Assembly (NCBI GenBank): GCA_050290185.1
Contig: JBNKHE010000004.1
Span: forward strand, 210,589-274,588
Length of the DNA: 64,000 nt
From: Pontiella sp.
GTDB taxonomy: Bacteria > Verrucomicrobiota > Kiritimatiellia > Kiritimatiellales > Pontiellaceae
Direction: 5' to 3'
Shown here: positions 44,950 to 52,806 of the stretch, piece by piece
How the letters are laid out: the number at the start of each line of letters is the position of its first letter
Numbering within the stretch: the first letter of the stretch is position 1
Notes under the pieces: model-generated
Database searches by the model: none
The model's input: the letters and a program-made list of their open reading frames with translations, nothing else
What the model was told of the DNA's origin: nothing
Translations under genes and position numbers: made by a program

Positions 44950-45007
44950 CCAGAGCATTCACCCTATCGTTTTCTCCGCGCGCTCAGGGTGATGCTTAAC
45001 GTTGGCC
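44944..45007 (+). repeat. attC site (64 nt, minimal form, perfect core sites); R'' overlaps the stop codon
   Basis: ACCTAAC CAGAGCATTCACCCTATCGTTTTCTCCGCGCGCTCAGGGTGATGCTTAAC GTTGGCC. Stem GCATTCACCCT/AGGGTG(A)ATGC with one bulged base. Confidence 0.8.
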
Positions 45008-45018
45008 AGAAATAACAA

Positions 45019-45450
45019 ATGAACATTACGAAACTAACAGAAGCTGATCTCCCAGCCCTTGCATCTCTCTACACGCAATTCTGGGGCGAAGAGTCATCAG
45101 TGGATAAAATGCAGTCCACATTTGCTAAACTCCAAGATAATCCTGACTACACCTTCTTAGCAGCACGTCTTGATGATCAAATTGTTGGCTCTGTAATGGG
45201 TGTAGTTTGTCATGAGCTATACGGGGACTGTAAACCATTCATGGTCGTTGAAGATATGATAATTGATAAGACTGTACGACGGCAAGGTATCGGTTCCCTT
45301 TTAATGAATTCAATTGAGGAAAAAGCGAAAGAGAGAGAGTGCTGTCATCTTATATTAGTGACCGATACAGACCGATATGATGCACGTCAGTTCTATGAGT
45401 CATTGGGATTTGATCCAGAGAAGAACAAAGGATTCAAAAAGAAACTATAA
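45019..45450 (+). CDS. cassette 17: GNAT-family N-acetyltransferase
   Basis: 143 aa. MVVEDMIIDKTVRRQGIGSLLMNSIEEKAKE is the Q/RxxGxG/A acetyl-CoA motif. Confidence 0.85.
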   Translation: MNITKLTEADLPALASLYTQFWGEESSVDKMQSTFAKLQDNPDYTFLAARLDDQIVGSVMGVVCHELYGDCKPFMVVEDMIIDKTVRRQGIGSLLMNSIEEKAKERECCHLILVTDTDRYDARQFYESLGFDPEKNKGFKKKL

Positions 45451-45453
45451 CAG

Positions 45454-45686
45454 GGCCAACCAGTGCGTGGACCTTACGCGGCCGAAAGCGACACGTAGTG
45501 AGGCTGGAGTTCACAGCAATGAAGCGCGGAATGGCAACCGAAGATAATTTCCGCATGCGCGAAGCCATAATTTCCAGAAGGGAAATAGTGAACAGAGAGA
45601 ACGGTTCAAGAACGAAGAGGTTCAAAACGCACAATTTTCTCATGCCCAACGCATATATCCCGTTCAGGTCACACGTAACGTTCGAC
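45454..45686 (+). repeat. attC site (233 nt, extra-long type A variant)
   Basis: GGCCAAC CAGTGCGTGGACCTTACGCGGCCGAAAGCGA...~170 nt...GGTTCAAAACGCACAATTTTCTCATGCCCAACGCATATATCCCGTTCAGGTCACACGTAAC GTTCGAC. Confidence 0.7.
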
Positions 45687-45766
45687 AAAGATATCTAAAC
45701 TAAACTATCTGGCTTTAACGTTATTAACGTTTATATGCGTCCAGCCATGCAACAGAAAGGGAACCT

Positions 45767-46351
45767 ATGAAACACACGATCGTACTAATCGTTGCAATTC
45801 TGCCTGCACTTATTTGGGGTTGCACAACAAAGAGCATTCAAGCTCCTGCTATTGCGCTATCCCAAGATCAGGCGGAAAACAATGCAGATTTAAGAGCAAT
45901 GTTACCTAGGGGTACATCGATTGAAGATGCTAAGCAGATTATATTGGCTCAAGGATATGACTGGGAGTTGAAAACAACACGTTCAAAGCTAGACGGGACT
46001 CCAACACCATCCAACCCTTATGCCATATGCACCAAGCCTAACACTGAACCTGTAACCATCGCATTTTCTTCTGACAATACAGTGGCTATAGTCAACATCC
46101 TCGAAACACCAAAAACTACTAAGATCGAAAACATTGTCTACAGTGCAATTGCTGACTATCCGAAGGAAAACGGAAGGAATCCGAACACCACCGAAGAGAT
46201 CATAGAGTATATTTTGAAAAACAATCCGAATGTCGATAAGGCTGACTTAGGATCTATTTCCTTAATAACAAGACCCAACGGAAAGAAACAGCTACGGTTT
46301 AATCCTCGAGACTACGCGATAAGTTATGTTGACTTGCCTAAATTACAATAA
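45767..46351 (+). CDS. cassette 18: lipoprotein (194 aa)
   Basis: Lipobox LPALIWGCT. RBS AAAGGGAACCT-ATG. Confidence 0.6.
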   Translation: MKHTIVLIVAILPALIWGCTTKSIQAPAIALSQDQAENNADLRAMLPRGTSIEDAKQIILAQGYDWELKTTRSKLDGTPTPSNPYAICTKPNTEPVTIAFSSDNTVAIVNILETPKTTKIENIVYSAIADYPKENGRNPNTTEEIIEYILKNNPNVDKADLGSISLITRPNGKKQLRFNPRDYAISYVDLPKLQ

Positions 46352-46354
46352 CAG

Positions 46355-46443
46355 GCCTAACCAGCGGGCTGAGCTTACCCGGCACAACGCCCGTCGATTA
46401 AGTGAAGTTGATTTCCCGGGTCAGTTCACCCGTAACGTTCGAT
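46355..46443 (+). repeat. attC site (89 nt, divergent)
   Basis: GCCTAAC CAGCGGGCTGAGCTTACCCGGCACAACGCCC...TTTCCCGGGTCAGTTCACCCGTAAC GTTCGAT. Confidence 0.78.
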
Positions 46444-46465
46444 TAATAAAGGAAAGAGTGAGATT

Positions 46466-46915
46466 ATGATACCAACGCAATGGACCACCCAAAGCGGGCA
46501 GAAGGATCTTCCAGAACTTTTGAAGAAACTGGAACAAGAAGGTGGCTCAATTGTTGAGTATAGATCCGTGATCTCTGCAGTAATCTTCTATCGGATATCA
46601 TCAAAGCTGTATTGGGTTTCCAGAGATAAAAGCCAATCATTCCAGGGACTCATTGTTTCCATACCAACCATGCTCCTTGGGTGGTGGTCTATACAGGGAT
46701 TCTTTTGGACCTTTTCAGTTATAGTCAGCAACGTTTTGGGCGGTATTGATGTAACAGAGTTGTTCACGACTCCACCAGAGAATGGAGAGCTAAGTGATCG
46801 CATAATTAGAAGGATTGAACAGCAACGGAAAAATCAGCAATGGTCGTTTGTTGGTGGATTACTTCTCTTACTGGCAATCATCATTATTTTTTTCGTGATG
46901 CCCTGTTTAAAATAA
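46466..46915 (+). CDS. cassette 19: membrane protein (149 aa), no recognisable domain
   Basis: RBS AAAGGAAAGAGTGAGATT-ATG. Two central TM helices and one C-terminal TM helix. Confidence 0.55.
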   Translation: MIPTQWTTQSGQKDLPELLKKLEQEGGSIVEYRSVISAVIFYRISSKLYWVSRDKSQSFQGLIVSIPTMLLGWWSIQGFFWTFSVIVSNVLGGIDVTELFTTPPENGELSDRIIRRIEQQRKNQQWSFVGGLLLLLAIIIIFFVMPCLK

Positions 46916-46918
46916 TAA

Positions 46919-47064
46919 ATCGAACCAGCGCGTGGACCGTGAATCGCACCAAGGCGCTATTTCCCCTTAAGGGAAGTTATCTATCGCTGCGCTTTCGGCG
47001 CGGAACAACGCATTTTTGATTCGGTCAACGTTTAGCTCAACGCGGGTCACACGTAACGTTGGCA
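46919..47064 (+). repeat. attC site (146 nt, type-A arms with a different central segment)
   Basis: ATCGAAC CAGCGCGTGGACCGTGAATCGCACC...CTCAACGCGGGTCACACGTAAC GTTGGCA. Confidence 0.8.
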
Positions 47065-47078
47065 GTAAAAGGTAAAAC

Positions 47079-47867
47079 ATGAAGAAAAACATAATTGCAA
47101 CGGTGATAATTTGTTTGCTGATGGAAATACACGTCACAGCGGCAAACGAGAATTTCCATACATTTACCGATACGAAAGGACGAAGCATTCGAGCTAAACT
47201 GCTTAAATTCGAGGCCTCAACCGGGCGGGTCTTCATCTTGACTGATAGCGGTAACAGGACATGGATGAATCCTTCTGCCTTATCGTATGAATCCGCAGCC
47301 TATGTCCGCAGATGGATACAGGCCAACCAGTTTCTTTCTGAGAATTATCTACGCGTATCAATCAATAAACGGTTCATTGGTGATGAAATTTGCTATGACT
47401 TGACGATGGAAAACCGCACGAAAAACCCGCTACCTTCTTTGAAGGTAGACTATGTTATTTATATCAACCGGAAGGGGTATAACGGGACGCCTGATGAGAT
47501 GCGCTGTATTGGAGGGACAATCACGATAGACAATTTTGCCGCCCGCAAAAAGGTCGTAAAGACAACAAAAGAGGTATCCTTGGAGAAGCAGATGCGGGCC
47601 GCTTATACGACTGGCCTTAACGGCACTCTGACAACAGATAACATGAAGATTCGCGAGGATAAGCCCTTAGGGATATGGTTTAAGATCTATGGTCCCCCTC
47701 TGGATGGTGTTCGTTCGGTGCGTGATGCTTCCTTTCCAAATGCGTTAAAGGAGCATGTCGTGTGGGCAAAACATGTGTTTATTTCGCAAGATACGGATTT
47801 GAGTCCGGATGTGGATTCGATGTCAGGTCTGGATTCTCAGCTGGATAATCTGAATTCGATGATGTAG
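47079..47867 (+). CDS. cassette 20: secreted protein (262 aa) with N-terminal SHD1-like motif
   Basis: Signal peptide IICLLMEIHVTAA. FHTFTDTKGRSIRAKLLKFEASTGRVFILTDSGNRTWMNPSALSYESAAYVRRW resembles SHD1-type domains (tentative). Confidence 0.6.
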   Translation: MKKNIIATVIICLLMEIHVTAANENFHTFTDTKGRSIRAKLLKFEASTGRVFILTDSGNRTWMNPSALSYESAAYVRRWIQANQFLSENYLRVSINKRFIGDEICYDLTMENRTKNPLPSLKVDYVIYINRKGYNGTPDEMRCIGGTITIDNFAARKKVVKTTKEVSLEKQMRAAYTTGLNGTLTTDNMKIREDKPLGIWFKIYGPPLDGVRSVRDASFPNALKEHVVWAKHVFISQDTDLSPDVDSMSGLDSQLDNLNSMM

Positions 47868-47880
47868 CAATGAACTAATT

Positions 47881-48083
47881 GTTCACCCAGCGCGAGGGGC
47901 CTTCCGCGGACGGAGCATCGCGGAGGAGGTTGCGCAAGGAACGAGAGTCCCCAAAATGCATTCGCCATCGCCGAAGGCTTCATCATTCGCTGAAGCTACG
48001 GCAGACGAGATGGCGGACAAGCCTGTTTTAATGCCTGATATGAATTGATTGGAGTAGGGACAAGATCGCACGTAAGATTCTCC
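47881..48083 (+). repeat. terminal, degenerate, GC-rich attC-like site (~203 nt) at the array/chromosome junction
   Basis: GTTCACC CAGCGCGAGGGGCCTTCCGCGG...GGGACAAGATCGCACGTAAG ATTCTCC. Arms are recognisably related to AACCAGCGCGTGGACC / GGTCACACGTAACGTT, but both core triplets are mutated. Confidence 0.5.
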
Positions 48084-48086
48084 TCC

Positions 48087-48734
48087 ATGATTGAATACAA
48101 GAACATCATATTGCAGGTGCATGGCCAGACGCTCCTGAAGCAGGTGAGCCTGCATATTGCTGCGGGTGACAAGGTCGTACTGCGCGGAACATCCGGTTGC
48201 GGCAAAAGTTCGCTATTGAAATGTGCCATGGGGGCGATTCCTATCGCGGCGGGTTCGGTACGGGTCGATGGGATGGAACTCTCGGCAGAGACAGTGATGG
48301 ATATCCGCAGCCGTATCGCCTTCATCGGACAGGAACCCGTACTGGGTGCCGGCTCTGTTCGCGATGCCCTCCTGCTGCCCTTCGGCTACAAGACCCATCG
48401 TCATAACCATCCGGACAAAGGAAAGATTGCCGATCTGCTCCAACGCCTGCATCTGGCGGTTGATATTCTCGAGAAACCCTGCGCCCGGATTTCCGGCGGC
48501 GAGAAACAGCGCATCGCCATCGCCCGCGCCCTGTTGCTCGATAAGACTGTTTTTCTAGCCGATGAAATCACATCGGCCCTCGACCCGGCAAGCAAGGCCG
48601 CGGTCATGGAGGAACTCTTCAATTCCGGCATTACGCTTTTATCGGTATCGCACGATCCGGAATGGATCAGAGCGGGAAACCGCATTATCGACATCGCAAA
48701 CCAGGAGCTGAACGAGGTACGGCATGACCGCTGA
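48087..48734 (+). CDS. fetA: ABC transporter ATP-binding protein, FetA/YbbL-like
   Basis: Start at MIEYKNIILQV; the track's TTG at 48045 lies inside the terminal attC. Walker A GTSGCGKSS, signature ISGGEKQRIAIARAL, Walker B FLADEITSALD. Confidence 0.8.
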   Translation: MIEYKNIILQVHGQTLLKQVSLHIAAGDKVVLRGTSGCGKSSLLKCAMGAIPIAAGSVRVDGMELSAETVMDIRSRIAFIGQEPVLGAGSVRDALLLPFGYKTHRHNHPDKGKIADLLQRLHLAVDILEKPCARISGGEKQRIAIARALLLDKTVFLADEITSALDPASKAAVMEELFNSGITLLSVSHDPEWIRAGNRIIDIANQELNEVRHDR

Positions 48735-49509
48735 ACTTTCCCTGCTATCCATGCTATGGATGTACGCACTCATGCTAGTGCCGCTGGCGATTTTCTTCTA
48801 CCTGCGGCTCGGCATTGCCCGCGACACGCTGCTGGCACTGGCACGCATGACCATCCAGTTGATTCTGGTCGGCCTCTATCTAAAGTTTGTCTTCCAGCTC
48901 AACAATGCTTTTATCAGCCTGCTGTGGGTGGTGACCATGCTGGTGGTGGCAAACATGAGCATCCTGAACAAGGCAGGCCTGAAACGCAGCCGTTTTTTCT
49001 GGCGGTCCCTGGCCGGCGTGGCAGGAAGCACGCTCCTAGCCAGCGGATGGTTCATCCTCGTGGCCATCCGCCCCGACCCCATCTACGACGCACGCTACCT
49101 GGTTCCGATCACGGGCATGATTCTGGGGAATTGCCTGCGGAGCAACGTACTGAGTCTGGAGCGGTTCTACAGCGGCATCCGGAAAAATGAAAACGAGTTC
49201 ATGACCTATCTCATGCTCGGCGCCACGTTGCGAGAGGCCGTACAGCCCTACCTGCGCGATGCCATCAAAGCCGCCGTCAATCCCTCTGTCGCCACCATGG
49301 CCACCATGGGCATAGTTTCCCTGCCCGGCATGATGACCGGCCAGATTCTGGGAGGCGCGATGCCGATGGAAGCCATCAAATACCAGATCGGCATCATGAT
49401 CTGCATCTTCACTTCGATGGTTGTAGCTGCGCTGGTCAACATCCTGCTCAGCCTGCCGGTCGCCTTCGACGACCACCAGCGGCTGAACGAGGGTATCTTC
49501 AGATCGTAA
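48724..49509 (+). CDS. fetB: FetB/YbbM-like (UPF0014) ABC permease
   Basis: 261 aa, 7-TM pattern. 11-nt overlap with fetA. Confidence 0.75.
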   Translation: MTAELSLLSMLWMYALMLVPLAIFFYLRLGIARDTLLALARMTIQLILVGLYLKFVFQLNNAFISLLWVVTMLVVANMSILNKAGLKRSRFFWRSLAGVAGSTLLASGWFILVAIRPDPIYDARYLVPITGMILGNCLRSNVLSLERFYSGIRKNENEFMTYLMLGATLREAVQPYLRDAIKAAVNPSVATMATMGIVSLPGMMTGQILGGAMPMEAIKYQIGIMICIFTSMVVAALVNILLSLPVAFDDHQRLNEGIFRS

Positions 49510-49566
49510 ACGTAGAAGCGACTTCCTGTCGTTTCTGCGATATCGCAGCCAGCGTATCCATCCGTT

Positions 49567-50427
49567 TTACAACGCCGAGCCGCGCCAATGCAGCTTCTGC
49601 GTAAGAACGGAGAAGTAGCTGTGATCCTGGAGTTGCAGGAAGCGGGCTTCATGCGGGCTCTTGCGGATTTCGATGCGCCCGCCCTTTTCGATCTTGTATT
49701 CATCCTGTCCATCGATCGAAAGAATCAGTTCCTTGGTAGCGTTCACCACCTCGATTTCGATCCGGCTGGAGTCGGGCACCACCAGCGGACGCGTTCCGAG
49801 GGTGTGCGGACAGATGACATTAATCCCGAAACCGCCGATTCCCGGATGCAGAATCGGACCGCCAGCCGATAACGAATGGCCGGTGCTTCCGGTCGGGGTC
49901 GATACGATCAGGCCATCGCACATCAGCGAGCCGATCGGCTCGCCATCAATCGAAAGCTTTAAGGTGGAAATACGGGAAGACGCCCCCCAACCAAGCACAA
50001 TGTCGTTCAGCGCGGATTCCTCGCCCACCGGATTGCCATTCTGGAAAATGCGGCATTCAGCAACGAGACGCCTGGACACCTTGTAGGTCCTGTGTGCGAT
50101 GGCGTCGAGTGCTGCGGCGATTTCCGTATCGCCCACGCTGGTCAGAAAGCCGAGACTCCCGAGATTGATCCCCATGATCGGCACGTCGGAGCCATGCAGC
50201 GCGCGCGAGGTATACAGCACCGTACCATCGCCTCCCAGCGCCAGCACCACATCGACCTTTTTGTCGAACGAGTCGGCGGGAAGGTACTCCGCACCGAGCG
50301 CTTCAACCATGGAAGCATCTTCGGCATAGAGCGCAAACTTGTGCTTTTCCGCCAGTTGCCGCAGCTCTTTCAGTACATGCGATGCACGAGGCCGCTTCGT
50401 ATTCACAATAACGCCAATCTTTTTCAT
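49567..50427 (-). CDS. nadK: NAD(+) kinase
   Basis: Start at MKKIGVIVNT. GGDGTVL motif (ALGGDGTVLYTSR) and the C-terminal beta-sandwich motif ..STPTGSTGHSLSAGGP. Confidence 0.9.
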   Translation of the reverse strand: MKKIGVIVNTKRPRASHVLKELRQLAEKHKFALYAEDASMVEALGAEYLPADSFDKKVDVVLALGGDGTVLYTSRALHGSDVPIMGINLGSLGFLTSVGDTEIAAALDAIAHRTYKVSRRLVAECRIFQNGNPVGEESALNDIVLGWGASSRISTLKLSIDGEPIGSLMCDGLIVSTPTGSTGHSLSAGGPILHPGIGGFGINVICPHTLGTRPLVVPDSSRIEIEVVNATKELILSIDGQDEYKIEKGGRIEIRKSPHEARFLQLQDHSYFSVLTQKLHWRGSAL

Positions 50428-50525
50428 GGCAAAAGTATAGATGGCCGGCGCCGGCTTTCCAAGAACACGGAAAGCCATTTTTAAACGGTCAGCAAGCCTG
50501 TTTCATCAACGATCTGGACCGCTCA

Positions 50526-51824
50526 TCAATCAGTCTTCTGTGTCGCATGCAGGTAGGAGTCCAACGGAGAGGCGAACGACGTGCCCCGGTGTATTTCGCC
50601 ATCATACAGGACGCTGCCAGGAAGGAAGTCATCCGCCTTGGTATTCGAGTAGCCGGCGACATTTCCATTTTCGTCCGTGGCACCCACTGAGATGGTGGCG
50701 GGACTGGCCGCCGGGTTGACGGCAACATTGAGTCCATCGTTCCCGGCAGCAACGAAAATGGTGATCCCCTGCTCCGCGGCATACTGTACCGCATACTCTA
50801 GAAAACCGAGATCCTCGTAGGTCCCGAAACTCAGGTTGATTATATCGATCTTTGATCCGATTGCATAATCGACCGCCCGCATGAGAATGTCGGATGAGGT
50901 CATTCCGTTTTCATCAAACACCCGCACCGCCAATACCGGAGCCCCGATCTCCGCAGGATTCGCGCCCAAAGGGGTTATCGCTCCGGAGGCAATCAGGGCA
51001 ACCAGTGTGCCGTGACCGGAAGGATCCGTCATATCGGCAGCCGGATCAACGGCGTTATAGATGCCCCGGATATAGGGCAGGTCCGCGTATTTTGGATCCA
51101 GCCCCGAGTCAAATACAGCGATTGCCGTTTCGCCGGGAACCAGATTTAAATTCATGCCGGATCGCGTTCCGGAAATCGGAACCGCCGGATTGCCGTCGCC
51201 GGAAAAGGCGCGATTCGGTTCTGCCGCCTTCACCTTATCCTGCGCCGATGCGATAGCCATCGCATCTTCAACAGACAGCCCTTCCCTGAGCTTGATGCGG
51301 TAGATTCCGGGAGGATCGATGACTTCGATCACGGTGCCGCCAAGCTTATCCAGCAGCGCCTTGAGATCGTCCGTGGTCGAGCCCTCGGCAAAACCCACCA
51401 TGATCTCGCCGCGGACATATTTAATACCGTTGGGCCCTTCAACGACATCCAGTACCCGCTCGCCTTTGCCCAACCTTTGAACAGACGACTCATGCCCATC
51501 GGAAAAGATGCGAATGGAGGAGACCTTGTAGAATTTTCCGAGCGGGCCATCGACCAGAGTCCATTCCAGGAGATAGCTGTGCGGACTCGCCAACTGAGAG
51601 ATCACCCGGTCGACCTTGGCGTTTTCCCAGCTACCCGGAACGCGGGCGAGGTCGAGTGACGGGTCGATCAGAACCTCCACACCGCATTGTTCAAATAGTG
51701 CCAGCACCTTGGGCAGGGAGGCCCCCTCACCGTTCAGCCATACGCGATCGCCCTCCATGCGGAGCGACGCCCCCGTGGCCATCAGCGGCAATAAAAGAAA
51801 CAGGATGGCAGTCTTAAATCTCAT
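50526..51824 (-). CDS. secreted S8-family (subtilisin-like) serine peptidase
   Basis: Start at MRFKTAILFLLLPLMATGA. Catalytic triad contexts AVFDSGLD, GHGTLVA, GTSFASP. Confidence 0.85.
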   Translation of the reverse strand: MRFKTAILFLLLPLMATGASLRMEGDRVWLNGEGASLPKVLALFEQCGVEVLIDPSLDLARVPGSWENAKVDRVISQLASPHSYLLEWTLVDGPLGKFYKVSSIRIFSDGHESSVQRLGKGERVLDVVEGPNGIKYVRGEIMVGFAEGSTTDDLKALLDKLGGTVIEVIDPPGIYRIKLREGLSVEDAMAIASAQDKVKAAEPNRAFSGDGNPAVPISGTRSGMNLNLVPGETAIAVFDSGLDPKYADLPYIRGIYNAVDPAADMTDPSGHGTLVALIASGAITPLGANPAEIGAPVLAVRVFDENGMTSSDILMRAVDYAIGSKIDIINLSFGTYEDLGFLEYAVQYAAEQGITIFVAAGNDGLNVAVNPAASPATISVGATDENGNVAGYSNTKADDFLPGSVLYDGEIHRGTSFASPLDSYLHATQKTD

Positions 51825-51927
51825 ACCAGCAAAATAACGGCTTCCTTCAGGAAAACAATGCATACTTTCGCGCAGCGCAAAATCTCCGGCCTTGTCTTAC
51901 GGGAAAGGACTGCATTAGAGTCCCGGC

Positions 51928-52806
51928 ATGTATCCGGATATTCATGAGGCTAAACAGATCACAGTCGCAGGCATGGTGGCCAACCTGCTTCTATCCGCGG
52001 TCAAATTTACCCTGGGTATACTGGGACACTCCCATGCGGTAATCGCCGATGCCGTACACAGCCTGTCGGATATGGTGACGGACGTACTGGTATTGTTCGG
52101 ATTGAAATTCTGGTCCGCACCGGCGGACGAGCAGCACCCGTATGGCCACCAGCGCTTCGAGACCATCATCACGCTGCTGATCAGTGTATTGCTGGCCGTT
52201 GTCGCTGTTGAAATCGGATGGGATGCCGTCGAACGCCTTGGCGGGAAAGCGAGCCGGCCCCCGCTGCTGTTTGCGGTGCTGGGCCCGGCGGTGTCGATTA
52301 TCACCAAGGAGATTCTCTTCCGCAAAACCCGGGCCGTGGGCAAACGGATCCACTCGCCGGCGCTTATCGCCAATGCCTGGCACCATCGAAGCGATGCCAT
52401 GAGTTCCATTCCGGCGCTCGTGACTGTGGGCATCGCCGCCATCGGCCCGCGCTGGGCGTTTCTCGATGCGCTCGGTGCCGTCCTCGTGGCCGGACTTATT
52501 CTCAAGGTAGCCTGGGAGATCGCAGCACCGGCCCTATCCGAGCTTTCCGAACGGGGAGCCGATGAACAAGATGTTCAGCAAATCGCAAATCTGGCCAAAT
52601 CGGTTACGGGCGTTTGCTCGGTTCACCGGTTGCGGACCCGCCGTCTCGGAGCCGGCCTGTTTGTCGACCTGCATGTACTGGTAAACGGCGACCAGTCGGT
52701 GCGCGAAGGCCACGACATCGCCACCGCCGTCCAGAACCAGCTTCTCGAAAAAGGGCCGGCGGTTGCAGACGTCACCGTACACATCGAGCCGGATAACGAC
52801 GATTGA
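51928..52806 (+). CDS. cation diffusion facilitator (CDF) family metal transporter
   Basis: 292 aa. HSHAVIADAVHSLSDMV and NAWHHRSDA metal-site motifs. Six TM helices plus a C-terminal cytoplasmic domain. Confidence 0.85.
   Translation: MYPDIHEAKQITVAGMVANLLLSAVKFTLGILGHSHAVIADAVHSLSDMVTDVLVLFGLKFWSAPADEQHPYGHQRFETIITLLISVLLAVVAVEIGWDAVERLGGKASRPPLLFAVLGPAVSIITKEILFRKTRAVGKRIHSPALIANAWHHRSDAMSSIPALVTVGIAAIGPRWAFLDALGAVLVAGLILKVAWEIAAPALSELSERGADEQDVQQIANLAKSVTGVCSVHRLRTRRLGAGLFVDLHVLVNGDQSVREGHDIATAVQNQLLEKGPAVADVTVHIEPDNDD

Larger units (their letters stand above)
32652..48083 (+). mobile_element. integron-type gene-cassette array without adjacent integrase (CALIN-like / sedentary chromosomal array), ~20 cassettes
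   Basis: 20 co-oriented ORFs, each followed by an attC-like imperfect palindrome. AT-richer than both flanks. Very short SD-containing leaders. No tyrosine-recombinase ORF in any frame. Confidence 0.85.

Noticed and set aside
45498-45698. Plus-strand 66-aa ORF (GTG start) lying entirely inside the extra-long attC.
   Set aside because: It has no RBS and a non-ATG start. Its composition is dictated by the attC arms (the C-terminus reads through GGTCACACGTAACGTT). It has no counterpart in other sites. I cannot fully exclude a micro-ORF, but nothing supports one.
32652-48083. Regularly spaced repeats could be read as a CRISPR array, or as generic REP/MITE elements.
   Set aside because: The repeats are 64-233 nt imperfect palindromes of variable length. 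The 'spacers' are 0.35-2.1 kb and each contains one complete ORF with an RBS. The repeat ends carry AAC/GTT core sites. That is attC/cassette organisation, not CRISPR (short identical repeats, 30-40-nt spacers). A MITE explanation would not give the strict ORF-repeat alternation, although only a genome-wide search can exclude it fully.
48045-48086. TTG-initiated N-terminal extension of the fetA ORF (MIGVGTRSHVRFSS).
   Set aside because: The extension is encoded by the right arm of the terminal attC-like site and is absent from the FetA/YbbL N-terminus pattern. The ATG at 48087 (MIEYKNIILQV...) aligns with the usual start of this ABC ATPase family.
32590-48090. Search for an integron integrase (tyrosine recombinase), attI direct repeats or an integrase pseudogene at either end of the array.
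   Set aside because: No ORF or ORF fragment in any of the six frames shows tyrosine-recombinase motifs (R..HxxR..Y). The left junction is only 140 nt long, and the right junction abuts fetA. The absence is reported as a finding rather than a feature.
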